Below are positions 41,318 to 53,100 of a DNA stretch of 64,000 nt, piece after piece; position 1 is the first letter of the stretch, and each line of letters begins with the position of its first letter. The stretch lies in NCBI GenBank assembly GCA_000002445.1, contig CP000068.1, forward strand, positions 992,001-1,056,000, given 5' to 3'. The position numbers were made by a program, and so were the translations under genes. Under the pieces are notes generated by a model. That model searched no databases and was not told where the DNA came from. It worked only from the letters and a program-made list of their open reading frames with translations. The stretch is from Trypanosoma brucei. Its lineage: Eukaryota.

Positions 41318-44300
41318 TTACTTCTTTGGTGTTGCAACACTTTTTTTCTTTCGGTTCTTCATAGCCCTTCCCAAATCCGTATCTGCAGCTTCTTGAAATA
41401 CACCGGAGAGCAGTTGATGTGCAAGATTCAGTCCGCGCTGGGTATTCTTGTTATACTCCTGTCGGTGTTGTTGCTCCCGTTCTTGCAAGCAAACCATATT
41501 TTGCTCAAACTGCATGTGCCTTTTCCTGATTTCTTTTGTCAACCCTTCAAACTGAAGTGGCCGAGGATGCGTCTCAGAGGCTGGGATTAGCGTCATGCGT
41601 ATGGGTTTTTTCGAACTTTCAATAAGGGTCATTGGTGTCCGCTTTGTTGCTTCACCGTTCTCAATGTACCGGGGCGTGACAGCCCCACTAGAAAATGCGT
41701 CAGTTAACTGCTTAGATGCCCCTGGTGAGGCAGTTCTATTATCGAACTGAGTACCGGACGGAAAGCAGCGGGGGCTCGGTTGTGCCGATGTTTTCACTTT
41801 GGAAGCATCTACACCCCCTAAGTTTGAAAGTACAGAAGGATGCAGCCGATGCCTCGCGTAGTGAAGGAACAGCGGCGAGCTTAAAGGAAGTGGTACCTTT
41901 ACAGTTCTGTCACGGGTGCTGCGGGTATTGGTCGTAATGGTGGCGGGTAATATGCCCACCGCCGAATTCTCGTCGTGTTCCACAAGCGTAAAAGTCGGTT
42001 TCTCCTCTAACGTGTCATCTAAAGGGGGAAGTGGCACATGCGCAATACTCGCGGCTGAGTGTGCTTCAATGTAATTTCTCACCTTTGCGAGTGCAGCATC
42101 AAGGGGGAAACTACATATCACAGAGTCGCGGACAGCAGTGTCATTGCCACTCTGATTGTTATTCCCGCTTGTATTTTGCTTGCCAGCACCTACTGAAAAC
42201 GAGACCGAAGCCCTGCTCTTTCCGTTGGGAAATATCTGTGGTAGAACATTGTTTCCCTCATTGCCGTTATGCTTTGTCTGGCCCCCCAATGAGTTTTGCC
42301 TAATTTTTTTCCCTGTCTTCCCCTTCGTGTCATCATTTAGAGACTCGGTAACCACACCGGTACCGAGTTTTACGCTCTTATTCGTGCCAAGTGGGGCGTC
42401 CGCACCTGTCTCTGTGAAGCAAACGGACTTTCCACCTTTTTTGTTGCAGTTGCCTTCGGGGCATTCCTGCTTTGGCGCTTCCGTCAACCGGTCGTGCATG
42501 GAGGTCGTGCGCTGCTCAAGTTTCTGAACAAGAAAATTGACGTGCTTAGCGTACTTTTTGAACTCCAGCACTATCCTGTGATATCCGTTTACCACTTCTA
42601 CATCAACATCATCAAACGAGTCATCACCAAGAAATTCAAGCTGCTCATCCTCTGCTGCGGACCCTGCTGCGGTGGACTGCTCGCCATCATTTGAACCCCC
42701 ACGAGGTGAGGAGGGACCGGTGCTGTTGGCCGCGTTCGGATCGCTGTCAAGAGGTCTACTCCCTCGTTTGATAGGAGGGAGCCCGTTGAAATCTGCCCCG
42801 CTTCCACGCGACTGGTGGTCAAAAGAGGGCTGCGCTCCCCCTTTCCTTTGCCGCGGTGTCGGCCACCCAGAGGAACGCACATAGGTTGCCACCAGACCAC
42901 TGCACCAGTAGTAAAATATACGGTAAATATTCACACGCATGACGGCGTTGAGAAGACCTGCTAAGAAGTCGTTTGGAAAACAGTGAACCAGAGCGTAGTA
43001 TGTTACGTGAGGCACGATAATCATATAAGCTGAGAAGACATTATCCTTCTCTGACCGCAGCCGTTCAAAGGACTCACCAAATAGCATGGCAAGTCGGTGA
43101 AAGCAGCGTTCTGCAAGATTCCTCAGTTCGCACACTTCAACGTGAGCAACGGTGAATGTGTCTATGGCATTTGCCAACCGCAACGTCATCACCTTCACGC
43201 CGTCGTGCATCGGGCTCTTCGTGTCGTCAGTTGCACCTGCCTTACCACCATCATCCTCCCTATCAGCACGATTCAGTTGTAACGGATCGAGCGTTGGGTG
43301 AGTTGTGTCCGTGCAGCTCTTCATAGTGTCCGCATTCTCATTGGCTTCTTCAGCGTCACCAAACACGAAGGAGGAAGCAATATTAAATATATTGCTACTA
43401 CATGGTTCAGGTGCTGACAGCATCGCTATAATATCCTCCAGAACCAAGGCTCTTGTTTCTGCCTTCCTCTCGCTACTAATGTTCCTCCCAGTACAGGCAT
43501 TTCTCAGACGTCTGGTAACAATCTGCTCAAGCACCGATAAAGGTGGTAGATCAGACATATAGCGAGGAAACATGGTGCGAAAGACGTGTTCCAGGTTAAC
43601 ATAGCGGTCGATAAGAACTCGTTCAGAGGAGGCGCGACGTGCGTGTGCTACAATATACCAAAAGAACAAGTATATAATCTCATGGCTTTCTGAAAAGTTC
43701 TTCAGGAAGTTCGTGATTCCCACACTTGTTGTCTTTACTCTTTGCTCTCCACGCTCCAGTAAAAGCACCTTTTCAATGGCCTCACTCACGGGCAGAGAAC
43801 TGGGAAATGAGCAACTATCTCCCAGTTTTCCTGTTGTTTCATCAAAGGATGGAAGTGTTACGGAGTATATGGACGGGGCATCCTTCTTTGTTTGTCGCTT
43901 CTGTGTTTCCCGCAGCATCATATGTTTCATAACCGTGACGTCCATTGGCATGTCGTCTGGAACCCCAAGTTCCTCATTTTCGGCCTCACGCATTCTCAGT
44001 GAAGTAACAGAGACCCTTCTACCAACCTTTAGCTCCTCCATAGACGGTTTACAGGTTTGGCAATCATTCGTGCCAGGCCGACTAGTTTCTGGAGTGCGTC
44101 GAATAACCACACGCTTTCCACCTGATTTCAAACGGGCCGCGGGCGGTGGATTGGAGCCGTCTTTCGGAGAATGCGGGGCGCCCTTGCGTGGGGTGGTGCA
44201 ACAACTGCTATTTGCCAACGAAGGTTGACTAAAGGGATTTTCATCACCGTTAGTAAGGTTGCTTTCAGTCCCATCTGTACATGGCACTGCCTCCTCTTCA

Positions 44301-44887
44301 TTTAGCATATCAATGGCAGTGCTAAATCTTTGGCAAAGATTCACTCGCACATCGGGTGTTTCATCCCCCTGTTTTAACGTCGACGAACGAATGCAGGGTC
44401 TCCCCATGTTCCCAGAGATATTGGGGAAAGTGTCTGGAGCTTCGGAACTGTCATCCGACCCCTCAGAACCAGGAGCTTCATTTGAGGAATTAAATCTTGC
44501 ACTTCCGCAAAACTTAGCGCCACCGCCCGGAGGCCCTAGCCCAGTTGTCCCCTTGTTTATACCGATGGGCACAGTAGTTTGTGTGTGGTCGGGCTTTAAT
44601 CTAATGCTTGGTAACCGTCCAGATGTGGATTGAGGTGCAACACATGCCGGAGATTTCCGGTCGGGTTGCTGAGTGCCGCCTCCGAGTGGAAGACAACCTG
44701 ACACTAATGACTCACATTTCGCAAGAAGCGAGTTATACTGTTTAGTTTGTTTTCTCTCCTCCCCCTTCTTGCCGAGCAGAGATGAGGTAATATTGGGTGG
44801 GTCCACACGCGGCAAGGTGGGAAAGGACGTCATCCTCTCTCCTGGCTCACTGCGCTTCGCATTACCCCGCACTCCTGTGATTTGCAT
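41318..44887 (-). CDS. large hypothetical protein (1189 aa) with low-complexity termini and a central conserved-looking globular region
   Basis: Uninterrupted minus-strand ORF. The central segment (HEIIYLFFWYIVAHARRASSERVLIDRYVNLEHVFRTMFPRYMSDLPPLSVLEQIV...MIIVPHVTYYALVHCFPNDFLAGLLNAVMRVNIYRIFYYWCSGLVATYV) looks like a folded domain I cannot name. It is flanked by Ser/Gly/Pro-rich disordered sequence. Confidence 0.7.
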   Translation of the reverse strand: MQITGVRGNAKRSEPGERMTSFPTLPRVDPPNITSSLLGKKGEERKQTKQYNSLLAKCESLVSGCLPLGGGTQQPDRKSPACVAPQSTSGRLPSIRLKPDHTQTTVPIGINKGTTGLGPPGGGAKFCGSARFNSSNEAPGSEGSDDSSEAPDTFPNISGNMGRPCIRSSTLKQGDETPDVRVNLCQRFSTAIDMLNEEEAVPCTDGTESNLTNGDENPFSQPSLANSSCCTTPRKGAPHSPKDGSNPPPAARLKSGGKRVVIRRTPETSRPGTNDCQTCKPSMEELKVGRRVSVTSLRMREAENEELGVPDDMPMDVTVMKHMMLRETQKRQTKKDAPSIYSVTLPSFDETTGKLGDSCSFPSSLPVSEAIEKVLLLERGEQRVKTTSVGITNFLKNFSESHEIIYLFFWYIVAHARRASSERVLIDRYVNLEHVFRTMFPRYMSDLPPLSVLEQIVTRRLRNACTGRNISSERKAETRALVLEDIIAMLSAPEPCSSNIFNIASSFVFGDAEEANENADTMKSCTDTTHPTLDPLQLNRADREDDGGKAGATDDTKSPMHDGVKVMTLRLANAIDTFTVAHVEVCELRNLAERCFHRLAMLFGESFERLRSEKDNVFSAYMIIVPHVTYYALVHCFPNDFLAGLLNAVMRVNIYRIFYYWCSGLVATYVRSSGWPTPRQRKGGAQPSFDHQSRGSGADFNGLPPIKRGSRPLDSDPNAANSTGPSSPRGGSNDGEQSTAAGSAAEDEQLEFLGDDSFDDVDVEVVNGYHRIVLEFKKYAKHVNFLVQKLEQRTTSMHDRLTEAPKQECPEGNCNKKGGKSVCFTETGADAPLGTNKSVKLGTGVVTESLNDDTKGKTGKKIRQNSLGGQTKHNGNEGNNVLPQIFPNGKSRASVSFSVGAGKQNTSGNNNQSGNDTAVRDSVICSFPLDAALAKVRNYIEAHSAASIAHVPLPPLDDTLEEKPTFTLVEHDENSAVGILPATITTNTRSTRDRTVKVPLPLSSPLFLHYARHRLHPSVLSNLGGVDASKVKTSAQPSPRCFPSGTQFDNRTASPGASKQLTDAFSSGAVTPRYIENGEATKRTPMTLIESSKKPIRMTLIPASETHPRPLQFEGLTKEIRKRHMQFEQNMVCLQEREQQHRQEYNKNTQRGLNLAHQLLSGVFQEAADTDLGRAMKNRKKKSVATPKK

Positions 44888-45986
44888 ATACGGTCGCCTG
44901 CTGCAGTGCTATATTATCACGCCGTTTTGCCCTTGCTGTTCCTGCAACTGCCGTGTGGTTGAGGAAACCAGTGTAAAGTGGGATGTTTCCCCTCTTTAAC
45001 GATCGTCGTTCACCGCACTTAAACCCCCGTGACCCACGCCGTGGACGCGAATCTCCCAAATCCCTCCCCTTCCTTTCCCTACCGTCGAAACTTTCAGTGG
45101 AGAGAAGCCGTGATGGTGCAGCGCAGCACTGTCCCCTTCCACACGTCAACGGGTGAGCGCCGCCTAAACTACGTATCACCTACGGGAAAAGGATGTAGAG
45201 AAGACGCAACAAGAGAGAAGGCAACATGCAATCTTTTTTTCTGTACGCCTACACACAGACATATATATTTATATAAGCATATACTGGTGTGTCCGTGCAG
45301 CGAACGAATGTTTGTATATGTGCCCGCGTTCTTCTCTAGCCCAACTGCCGATGAAAAATCACTTTATGTAATGCCTCTCTCATCTGCCGTTACTATTGTG
45401 TGTTTTTCTCACTTAATCCGTTCCCTCTTTCCACGGTCCCGCAACCGGCGGCAAACGTATCTGGGGGAAGAATTTCAATACTGTAGGTAGGATGGTAGGA
45501 AGCAAGTAAAAAAATAAAAAAAGAAAGTCGAAACACAAGCGAGACATGTGCGTGCACCAGATGCAGTAACCTCACTTCCCCCCCCCCTGCAATAGGCAAA
45601 TTCCAGCTCTACATGGAAACACACTCAGTCTGCGGGTTAAACATCGACTACTTTTCACGATATTTGGGGCCCCAGCACATTTCTTCACACATGTGACTCA
45701 AAACACTAACCTCCAAATGCGGTGGCCAAGATATTTTTTCTGCTATCACCAACATCTGCACTTGCTAATCATTTACACCGACAACATCCCTGCAAAGCCC
45801 ACGAGTGCATTCTTCCCCGTGACCTACAACTGCGTCATTTCTTTTATTTTTTGTCAACCATGTTGTGCTGTCGCTGTTTGGAACCCTTTACAAGTCTCAT
45901 CAATCCAGTCGTATTTTTTCACTGTTTACTCAACCCCACACTGGGAAAGAAGATGCAGAAGTCAGTAAGGTTTGTGCGCCCCTCAA

Positions 45987-46008
45987 ATATATATATATAT
46001 ATATATAT
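45987..46008. repeat. (AT)11 microsatellite
   Basis: Seen directly. Confidence 0.95.
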
Positions 46009-46255
46009 CCTTCAGTGAATGCCACTGCGCGTGCTAAATTCTAAAACTACTGCCCCACGAAAAGGGCGGCACAAACTACTGCTAAAATTATACGTAACTA
46101 TAGGACCTGCCATCTCCTCCACGTACCAGAAACTCAACACACACTTCACTAATCAGAGGCGGTTCACCGATTCCTAAGCGTGAAATCATTTTGCTAGCTA
46201 CCACACTACACCCAGAAACAGCAACGCAGATTTTCCATTCTCGTGGCCCAGTCGA

Positions 46256-46903
46256 TTAGTTCGCGCTCGTCATATGCCGCCACTCCGATTCATCCTGGTA
46301 TTGCATAGGAATCTTCCAGCTCGTTTGCGCCCCATCGCGTTTGGTCAATGGTTTCCAATTCCAAAATCTCTCATATTTTGCGTGCTTCTCTCTAATCTCA
46401 GGCCGAATCCACTGGTCCAAGTAAATGTCGTCCTCCTCCAGCGTGGGAACGTTGGGTTGATCAAGCACAACGCTACGAAAGTGAGTCCACCCCGGCTCCG
46501 TTCCCATGGCGCGGTAGCAACCCCAAAGTGTGTACCAGGAGTAAATAAACATGAGACTCCATGCCATCCAAAAGGTGGGTTTCGTGGACATATTCAACCG
46601 CATACCGTAGCGACTTGCCATTTCGTCCATTGTACTTTCCCACGACTCCTCAGTCATGCGAATACTTTCCTCACGCGTATAGGGATATTTTGGGTCGAAT
46701 ACTTCTTTGGGGTACTCAAACCACTCAATATGCGGGTTAAAGTCCATGGGCGTGATGGGTTCATTGTGTTGTATTGCCGGGGGGTGCGGTCGGTTCCCGC
46801 CAAAACTTGATAAGTCCTTCGAACCGGTGGATGAGTGCCGTGACGACGTACGCGAGGCAACAACTGTAGCAGAGGGTGATATTGCAACAGCTCTGCGTAA
46901 CAT
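46256..46903 (-). CDS. small putative mitochondrial membrane protein (215 aa)
   Basis: The N-terminus (MLRRAVAISPSATVVASRTSSRHSS) has the composition of a mitochondrial presequence: Arg/Ser/Ala-rich with no acidic residues. One hydrophobic helix (TFWMAWSLMFIYSWYTLWGCY). Trp/Tyr-rich C-terminal half. Identity not recognised. It could be a respiratory-complex accessory subunit. Confidence 0.6.
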   Translation of the reverse strand: MLRRAVAISPSATVVASRTSSRHSSTGSKDLSSFGGNRPHPPAIQHNEPITPMDFNPHIEWFEYPKEVFDPKYPYTREESIRMTEESWESTMDEMASRYGMRLNMSTKPTFWMAWSLMFIYSWYTLWGCYRAMGTEPGWTHFRSVVLDQPNVPTLEEDDIYLDQWIRPEIREKHAKYERFWNWKPLTKRDGAQTSWKIPMQYQDESEWRHMTSAN

Positions 46904-47895
46904 TTTACGTCCCCTACTCGTGTGTAATGTTAGCGTGTATCTGGTTACGGGTGATAGAGAGGGGGGATGCCGCTACTTGTATGGTTTCCTCTACAACCTG
47001 CTAATTATCCCCAACCACGACGAGAAACGAAAAAAAGAAAACTTTGTACAGAGGAGTGCACTCCGTTGTTCATAGAATATTTAGCATTGTTTAAAAATAG
47101 CAACAGTTTCTTCCCGAACAGCGAATTTATCACTAACAAAGTCGGACACTTCCCTTTCATTATGTTCGCAGCATCTTCTGCAATTCGCATCGAGGACAAC
47201 TGCATTCGAAGGTACAAGACAAGAATGAAACAGCAAAACTTCAATGACGAATTGAACACAACACAAAACTTTACTCCAGAAATCGAATGAAAACTAACTA
47301 ATACCATTGCTGAACGGATTTAATTTGTGATCTGCTGGATGGCCAAGACGATGTCCTTTGGTGTGTAAACTGAAGATACCAACAAACTGTGAAAAAACAA
47401 CCTTCTACATGGAGTGGTACACAACACGTCTAGGAGAAGGAACAGCGCAAGTCCTTCCAGGTTGTTACTTGTATAAAACCACAAGCACATGTCCACACGC
47501 ACGCGGTAAGGGTAACGAGATATGACGGCTAATAAAACACGAGGAAACATAACCGCACCACACCCAAGGTGGAGCTGCAAACTAAAGAGACGAGTTTGCT
47601 TGACGGTAAGATATCGCTCCATCCTTCTCATTCCCCACACATACGCGATAGCAATGTAGTGGCCTCGTCAGACAACCGTCTGAGGAAAAACAAATAAAAA
47701 TGAAGCAAGCGTATAAAATTAGTCAGTAGAACATCGTCATCATCAAAATCTGCACAAAAAAATGAAACTCAGGTAGTGTGGTAGAAAAGCAGGGAAAATA
47801 ATGGCGTCACCACTCAAAAAAAAAATTATTTGTTAAATAGGTCTATTTAACCTCTAGTTATGTGACCACAGTCCGCGGGAGGGATAAAGTTCATT

Positions 47896-48969
47896 TCATG
47901 CAAGTGACAGGAAACCCAAAAGACCTGCTGCATCTCGCTTTAAACATGCCGCAACTGCCATGTTTCTTAGAGATTCTAATCTTTCAATTGCTACGTAGTT
48001 TTGCTGAATAGCGGATGCGTAAATGGAAGGGCAAGTGGAACACTCACTGGCCGCTGAGCCGCTGCCGCGCAGGTTTTCTGACGTATGAGGTTCACATGTC
48101 AAACCATCGCTACCATGCTGAAAAGTCGTCTCGCCACCCGCAAGTTTCCGGCTATTGAGTTCTTTCATCACGCCCTCGAGTACGTTTAGAAGTCCTGGGG
48201 CGGCTTCCACACCATCACACGTGATATTGAGCAGCGACTGAGCATCTCTTTCCTCCGATGTTTGGCCCTCCTGGAGAAGTTTCCCATCATTGCTATCTGA
48301 GTTCTTGAACACACCCTTCCCATTGCTTCTGCCGCCATACGACGCCGTACCGGCGTTCACACCTGCCGCCGCCTCCATATCACGTGTAAAGGTTGCACCC
48401 GAAGTTTCCTCCCCACGGGGGCGCTTCCTCGATAATAAAGCGTCTGCTCCTTCTTCATTTATAACATTTTTGTCAACTCTAGTCCCCAGAAACGAATGCA
48501 CTCGTCTCTCGAGTTCGCTCGCCTCTAAACCACGCTTGAAGGCTGCATCCCTGATCCAGCGCCACATCTTTAACTCTTCTACAAATGCATCTCCTTCTAA
48601 CCATGCGCAAGCCGTCATGTTTCCCACTCCTGTAGGAACAAGTCGGCTACCCTCATTGCCACTGCCGCCGGAGTCTGTTGATGCCGGAGATGAGCTAAGT
48701 GACTGCACAAGAGAGAGCACTCGCTTCGCATTAAGTAACCGTGTCATAGAGGTGGGATTGTCGCAGAATTGAATGTCATGGAGAGATACGACAGGTCCAC
48801 CGTCTTCTTCATTTTCACCTGCGTGGTTGTTGAAAATGGCGTGAAGGAGCACTGCAACGTCTTTTGCCGCAATATCTGTGAAAGAGCTGTATTCACTCCG
48901 TAGAATGCTTGCCGCCCAGCGCAGAATTGCAGAGCGGGCGAAAATGTTATCCTCCTGTGGATCCGTCAT
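47896..48969 (-). CDS. hypothetical protein (357 aa)
   Basis: Minus-strand ORF consistent with the array. Helical N-terminal ~110 aa (FARSAILRWAASILRSEYSSFTDIAAKDVAVLLHAIFNNH), then Ser/Gly-rich low-complexity middle and C-terminal helical segment. Confidence 0.6.
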   Translation of the reverse strand: MTDPQEDNIFARSAILRWAASILRSEYSSFTDIAAKDVAVLLHAIFNNHAGENEEDGGPVVSLHDIQFCDNPTSMTRLLNAKRVLSLVQSLSSSPASTDSGGSGNEGSRLVPTGVGNMTACAWLEGDAFVEELKMWRWIRDAAFKRGLEASELERRVHSFLGTRVDKNVINEEGADALLSRKRPRGEETSGATFTRDMEAAAGVNAGTASYGGRSNGKGVFKNSDSNDGKLLQEGQTSEERDAQSLLNITCDGVEAAPGLLNVLEGVMKELNSRKLAGGETTFQHGSDGLTCEPHTSENLRGSGSAASECSTCPSIYASAIQQNYVAIERLESLRNMAVAACLKRDAAGLLGFLSLA

Positions 48970-50192
48970 GTTTCCTCGTAGTGTGCGTACTTCTCTCTCC
49001 TATTTACGTGATAATATTTGAGAAAGAAAGAAAAAAGCGAGGGAATTCTGCCGTGTATCCCCTTGCTTTCCTCACCGCAAGGCATCATTATTGTGCACGA
49101 AAAAAAAAAAGAAGAGAAGAAGAAATCACAAGAGGATGGAATATGAAACAACTGAGCGAGGCCCTCTTCCCTTCCTTAAGGGCACTCTGCTCTTCATGCT
49201 GATCATCAAAAGATCCCCTTCTTCACTTATGCTAAAACGCTTCACTTCGAACCGCAAGTGGTAAAAAAACCTACTTAAGAAAAGAGGTGTGCAAACAAGT
49301 GTATCGCTCTTACAATGGTAAAATGATAATCATCTTTCTGAATGCCAGTCGCATAGCTTTCATTCACTTGTTCTATTATTCACAAAGTAGTCCGCTACCA
49401 GCGTGCACAACGTCTAAAACTGGTACTGGACGATATTAGAAATAAATCCTCATCTTTGTCCAATGATGCTGGAACCACCACCCAAGTAAGCGTCAACGAA
49501 ACCAATACAAAATATTAAATGCATTCTTGGAGTAGGAAAAAACCAGTGACAGACACTGACCGCTCAGAGCAAACTACTTACAGGGGGTCATAAAGGAGTA
49601 AATCACTTCCCTGAGGGGTGTTTCTAAAGCGAAAAGAGGGGAAACATTTATAACATTAATTTATCTGCCAAACAATCACCGACCGAACAATTTTTGTCAC
49701 TCGTCAAAACTAGTTTGATAAACATGGACGACAAACCTGAATAAAACATTTATCCCACTCGCTAACAATTGTTTAACATGCAAAAAAAAAGGGTCCCTGA
49801 TTTCCTGTATTAAAGAAAAGGTGGGAGCCCAAAACACAAGTGCCCCAAATATATCCTCCCCTTAATCAGGAAAAGCAAAAGGGGTATACAGCATACTAAA
49901 GAAGAAGGCGAAAAAAAAACTATTTTGGTACTGGCCCTCTCCCTGAGCCATATTTTGCGTCTACCTATGAGTCACATAGTATGCGAGATCATCATATTCT
50001 GCAAAACACCAACAAAGACGAATGCACCAAAAATTGTTCTCACCAAAACTACCAACCAAAAATAGAAGCGAAATCACGAGGCACAAAGACTGACCCTTTT
50101 TGCACATGATATCCCCCACATGAGCAAAACTGGTAGGATACGAACCACAAAAAATTACAAATGATGCAGAGGAGAACGTATATGAAAGAGCT

Positions 50193-53100
50193 TCATGCAT
50201 CAACGGCAACAACGCCACCAACACGTTGAAGAAGGAAGACCGCATCCCTCCGCTGTGCGGGGTCGATTCTGAGGCACGAAGAAACTACTAACTGTATTGT
50301 CGGGTCCGCATCCTCTGGAGGTGGTACAGGTTCCAAAAGACCTTCACGCAGCGACTCCATTAGCGCCTCGTGGTCCGAAAGCACCGCAAGTAACTCGTTA
50401 CGTGACCGGCTGATTTGTGCATTAGCTGTCCACCGCCATGGGAAGTCGTCGTTCAACATCTCTATAACAAGCAACCCAAGGGCATACATATCTGTCATCC
50501 ACGACTGGGGTTTGCCACGAGCTTCCTCTGGACTGACACAATAAGTCATTTGATGCTTGAGTAAAGGTGCAGCATCAAGCAGAACCCCAGTCAATCGGCA
50601 ATGGCCCCCCACACAAGTGACAACTGTTTCAGGACACAGGCAACCCTGAACAAGGCCACGCTCGTGGAGACAGGCGAGTCCTCGCAACAGAGAGGTGACG
50701 TGCCGCTTCACCGTGGCGGCGGGTAGCTTCCGGCCATATCGCACTTTAAGATCACGAAGCGTACCACCGGGGACGTACTCCCAAACAAGCAAGACGCCGT
50801 GAGGGGGGACATGACAATACGACAAGCATTGCACAAGGCTGACACTTTCCCCAACCTGAAGCACTTTATCCAGTGCAACGTCCAATTCCTCACGCGTCAA
50901 GCGTTCTCCAAGTTCTGTTAGAGGGTAAAGCTTCAGCAAAGCAAGTACCCCAGTGGCAGACATTCCCATGTACGCTACGCCTACAGAGTTGGCACCCTCA
51001 TGAATGGGGTCGATTGAGCGCTGCCAACTGTTCCCATGACAGTCCTCGAGAAAACGAGGTATCTCACCATTCAGTGTCGAAGCTGCATTCTCCCCCACGA
51101 AGACCGACGGAGTCCGCGGGGAGCCACCGTCACACGGTGACGAGCTTCCACCAGAGGTTTTTCCAGTACCACTCAGCAGCGGCGGCGAAGATATCAGGCT
51201 CGTTGCGCTGCTGTTCAGGCTATCAGGGACGATAAGTAATTGATTAACAAACGGTGTGCGGTCTCTTCTCCCAACACGCGCAGCACACTCATCACGAAGA
51301 CGTTGGGGTTGCAATGACATAAACGAAGGTGATTCCCCCGATAAGGTCACCGACCCCACGGAAATGGCCTTGTCCAGCAATCGTAGTGCAGAGACGTAGT
51401 TGCCACGCACCATCATATCGTACGCCTCGTTGTAGTGGCCCTCAAACTCATTCCATGTCGGCTGCCCAGCATCCCCGGAAAGTACCTCATACAACGTTAC
51501 GCAAACACCGTCTTCGCCTTCCAGAAAAACAGACCTAAATGGTAACAAACGGAAGTGGCCACGCACCAGCAGTGCTGTCTCTTCTGTGACCGCTGCCGCG
51601 ACTCCCACAGATTGAAGGGCATCACCAACCCGCCGGTAGATATTGCGGCACAGAAGCACATAGCGACTTCGTCCACCTCCGCTAACGATGCCACTCGGAA
51701 ATGCACCGGACTCCACAATCACGCGATAAGCACCAGAAACTTCGCTCCGCGCCATCAGCTTCGTGGCCACTTGACGCGCGAACTCAACGGCCCTCGTCGC
51801 CTCAGCAGCGAATTCGCGGTCCATCGACTGCACACCAAAACTCACAATGCAGTAGTCTGGGCGCTGCACCTCGAAGCACCCACCGCAGGCTGCAGCAGCA
51901 CTGACAACTATCTGCATCATCAGCTCCACAACGGCGTCGCTGGGGTTGCGCGTTCTACCGGGCGTATAGTAAACGTAGGCGACGCTGCAGGCGACAGGCT
52001 TCAGTTCCTCACCATATCGACGTGGTGACGAGGCTGCCTCAGGATCAGATGCGCATGCGTCCTTGCTCCTTGACACGCTCGCTGCCGCACCACTTAAATC
52101 AAAAGCACGGTCTGGCATGTATGTCCGCACCGCATTCAGGCGTCGGCGGAGCACACTACACACACCGTGGAGCTCACAAACCTCTCTCAGTGCAATCACT
52201 TTTTGCTTCTCTTCATCAGAAGATTTGACTAGCCCGGCCCTCAGCTTTTCCTCCGTACTTCGGAGCGGGCGGTGAAGGCAAAGCTCCACAAAATAGTAAC
52301 AAGCGGCTATCACAATGAGGTACATTACAAAGCTAGAAAGGCCAGCAATGCCCCCGTAGGTGGCAATCGGGCCCAGGTAATAGCTGGGGTTCGTGACAAC
52401 AACAACAACCATTTCAACCCCGCTGTCAGTGACAATGTGATGTGCACTGGCCACCGCAGCCAACCCGCCGTACATGAACCACGACCTCTGGTTCTTGCCT
52501 CGCGCGGCCTCTTGCAAGTCGAGGTATCGGATAGCTTTGCTCATCAGCGGGTCAGAGACGTCGTCAGGGCTTAGGAACCGTATTGGTTCACCCATGAAAG
52601 CGGATTTCCACTCATCGCTCACATTCGCAAGCGGTTGGCCCCAGTTGTTCGCAAACACGTAGAATTGGCCGCTTTCGTTGTTGGGATCCACAAGCATGAC
52701 GCGGACACCGCTGTCAGACGCCTTGTGCCACCTCACACTAATTTTTCCTGTGTGCATTCCCACGTAAATGTACCCTACACCAACTGTTCCATCGTCCTCT
52801 CTCTCGAAGAAAGGATAGACGTACGCTGCATAAGTGGGTGGGAACCGCGGGCGAACCCAGTACTCAGACGGTTTCATCTCTCGACCTTCTCGCACTGACT
52901 CGTTCCATATCCGCACAACGGAATCAAAGTGAAAGCGTTCCGTGTATTCAGTAATCGTTAATCCAGAGGTAGTGGACTCATACCGTTTCAGTGGCTGCTG
53001 GTACTCCATCGTTACAGGGTCCATATAGTAGAAGTCTTTCATTATCCCTCCCTCACTCACGTGACCATAATACTGGCCAGGATTACTCTTTGAGGCGATA

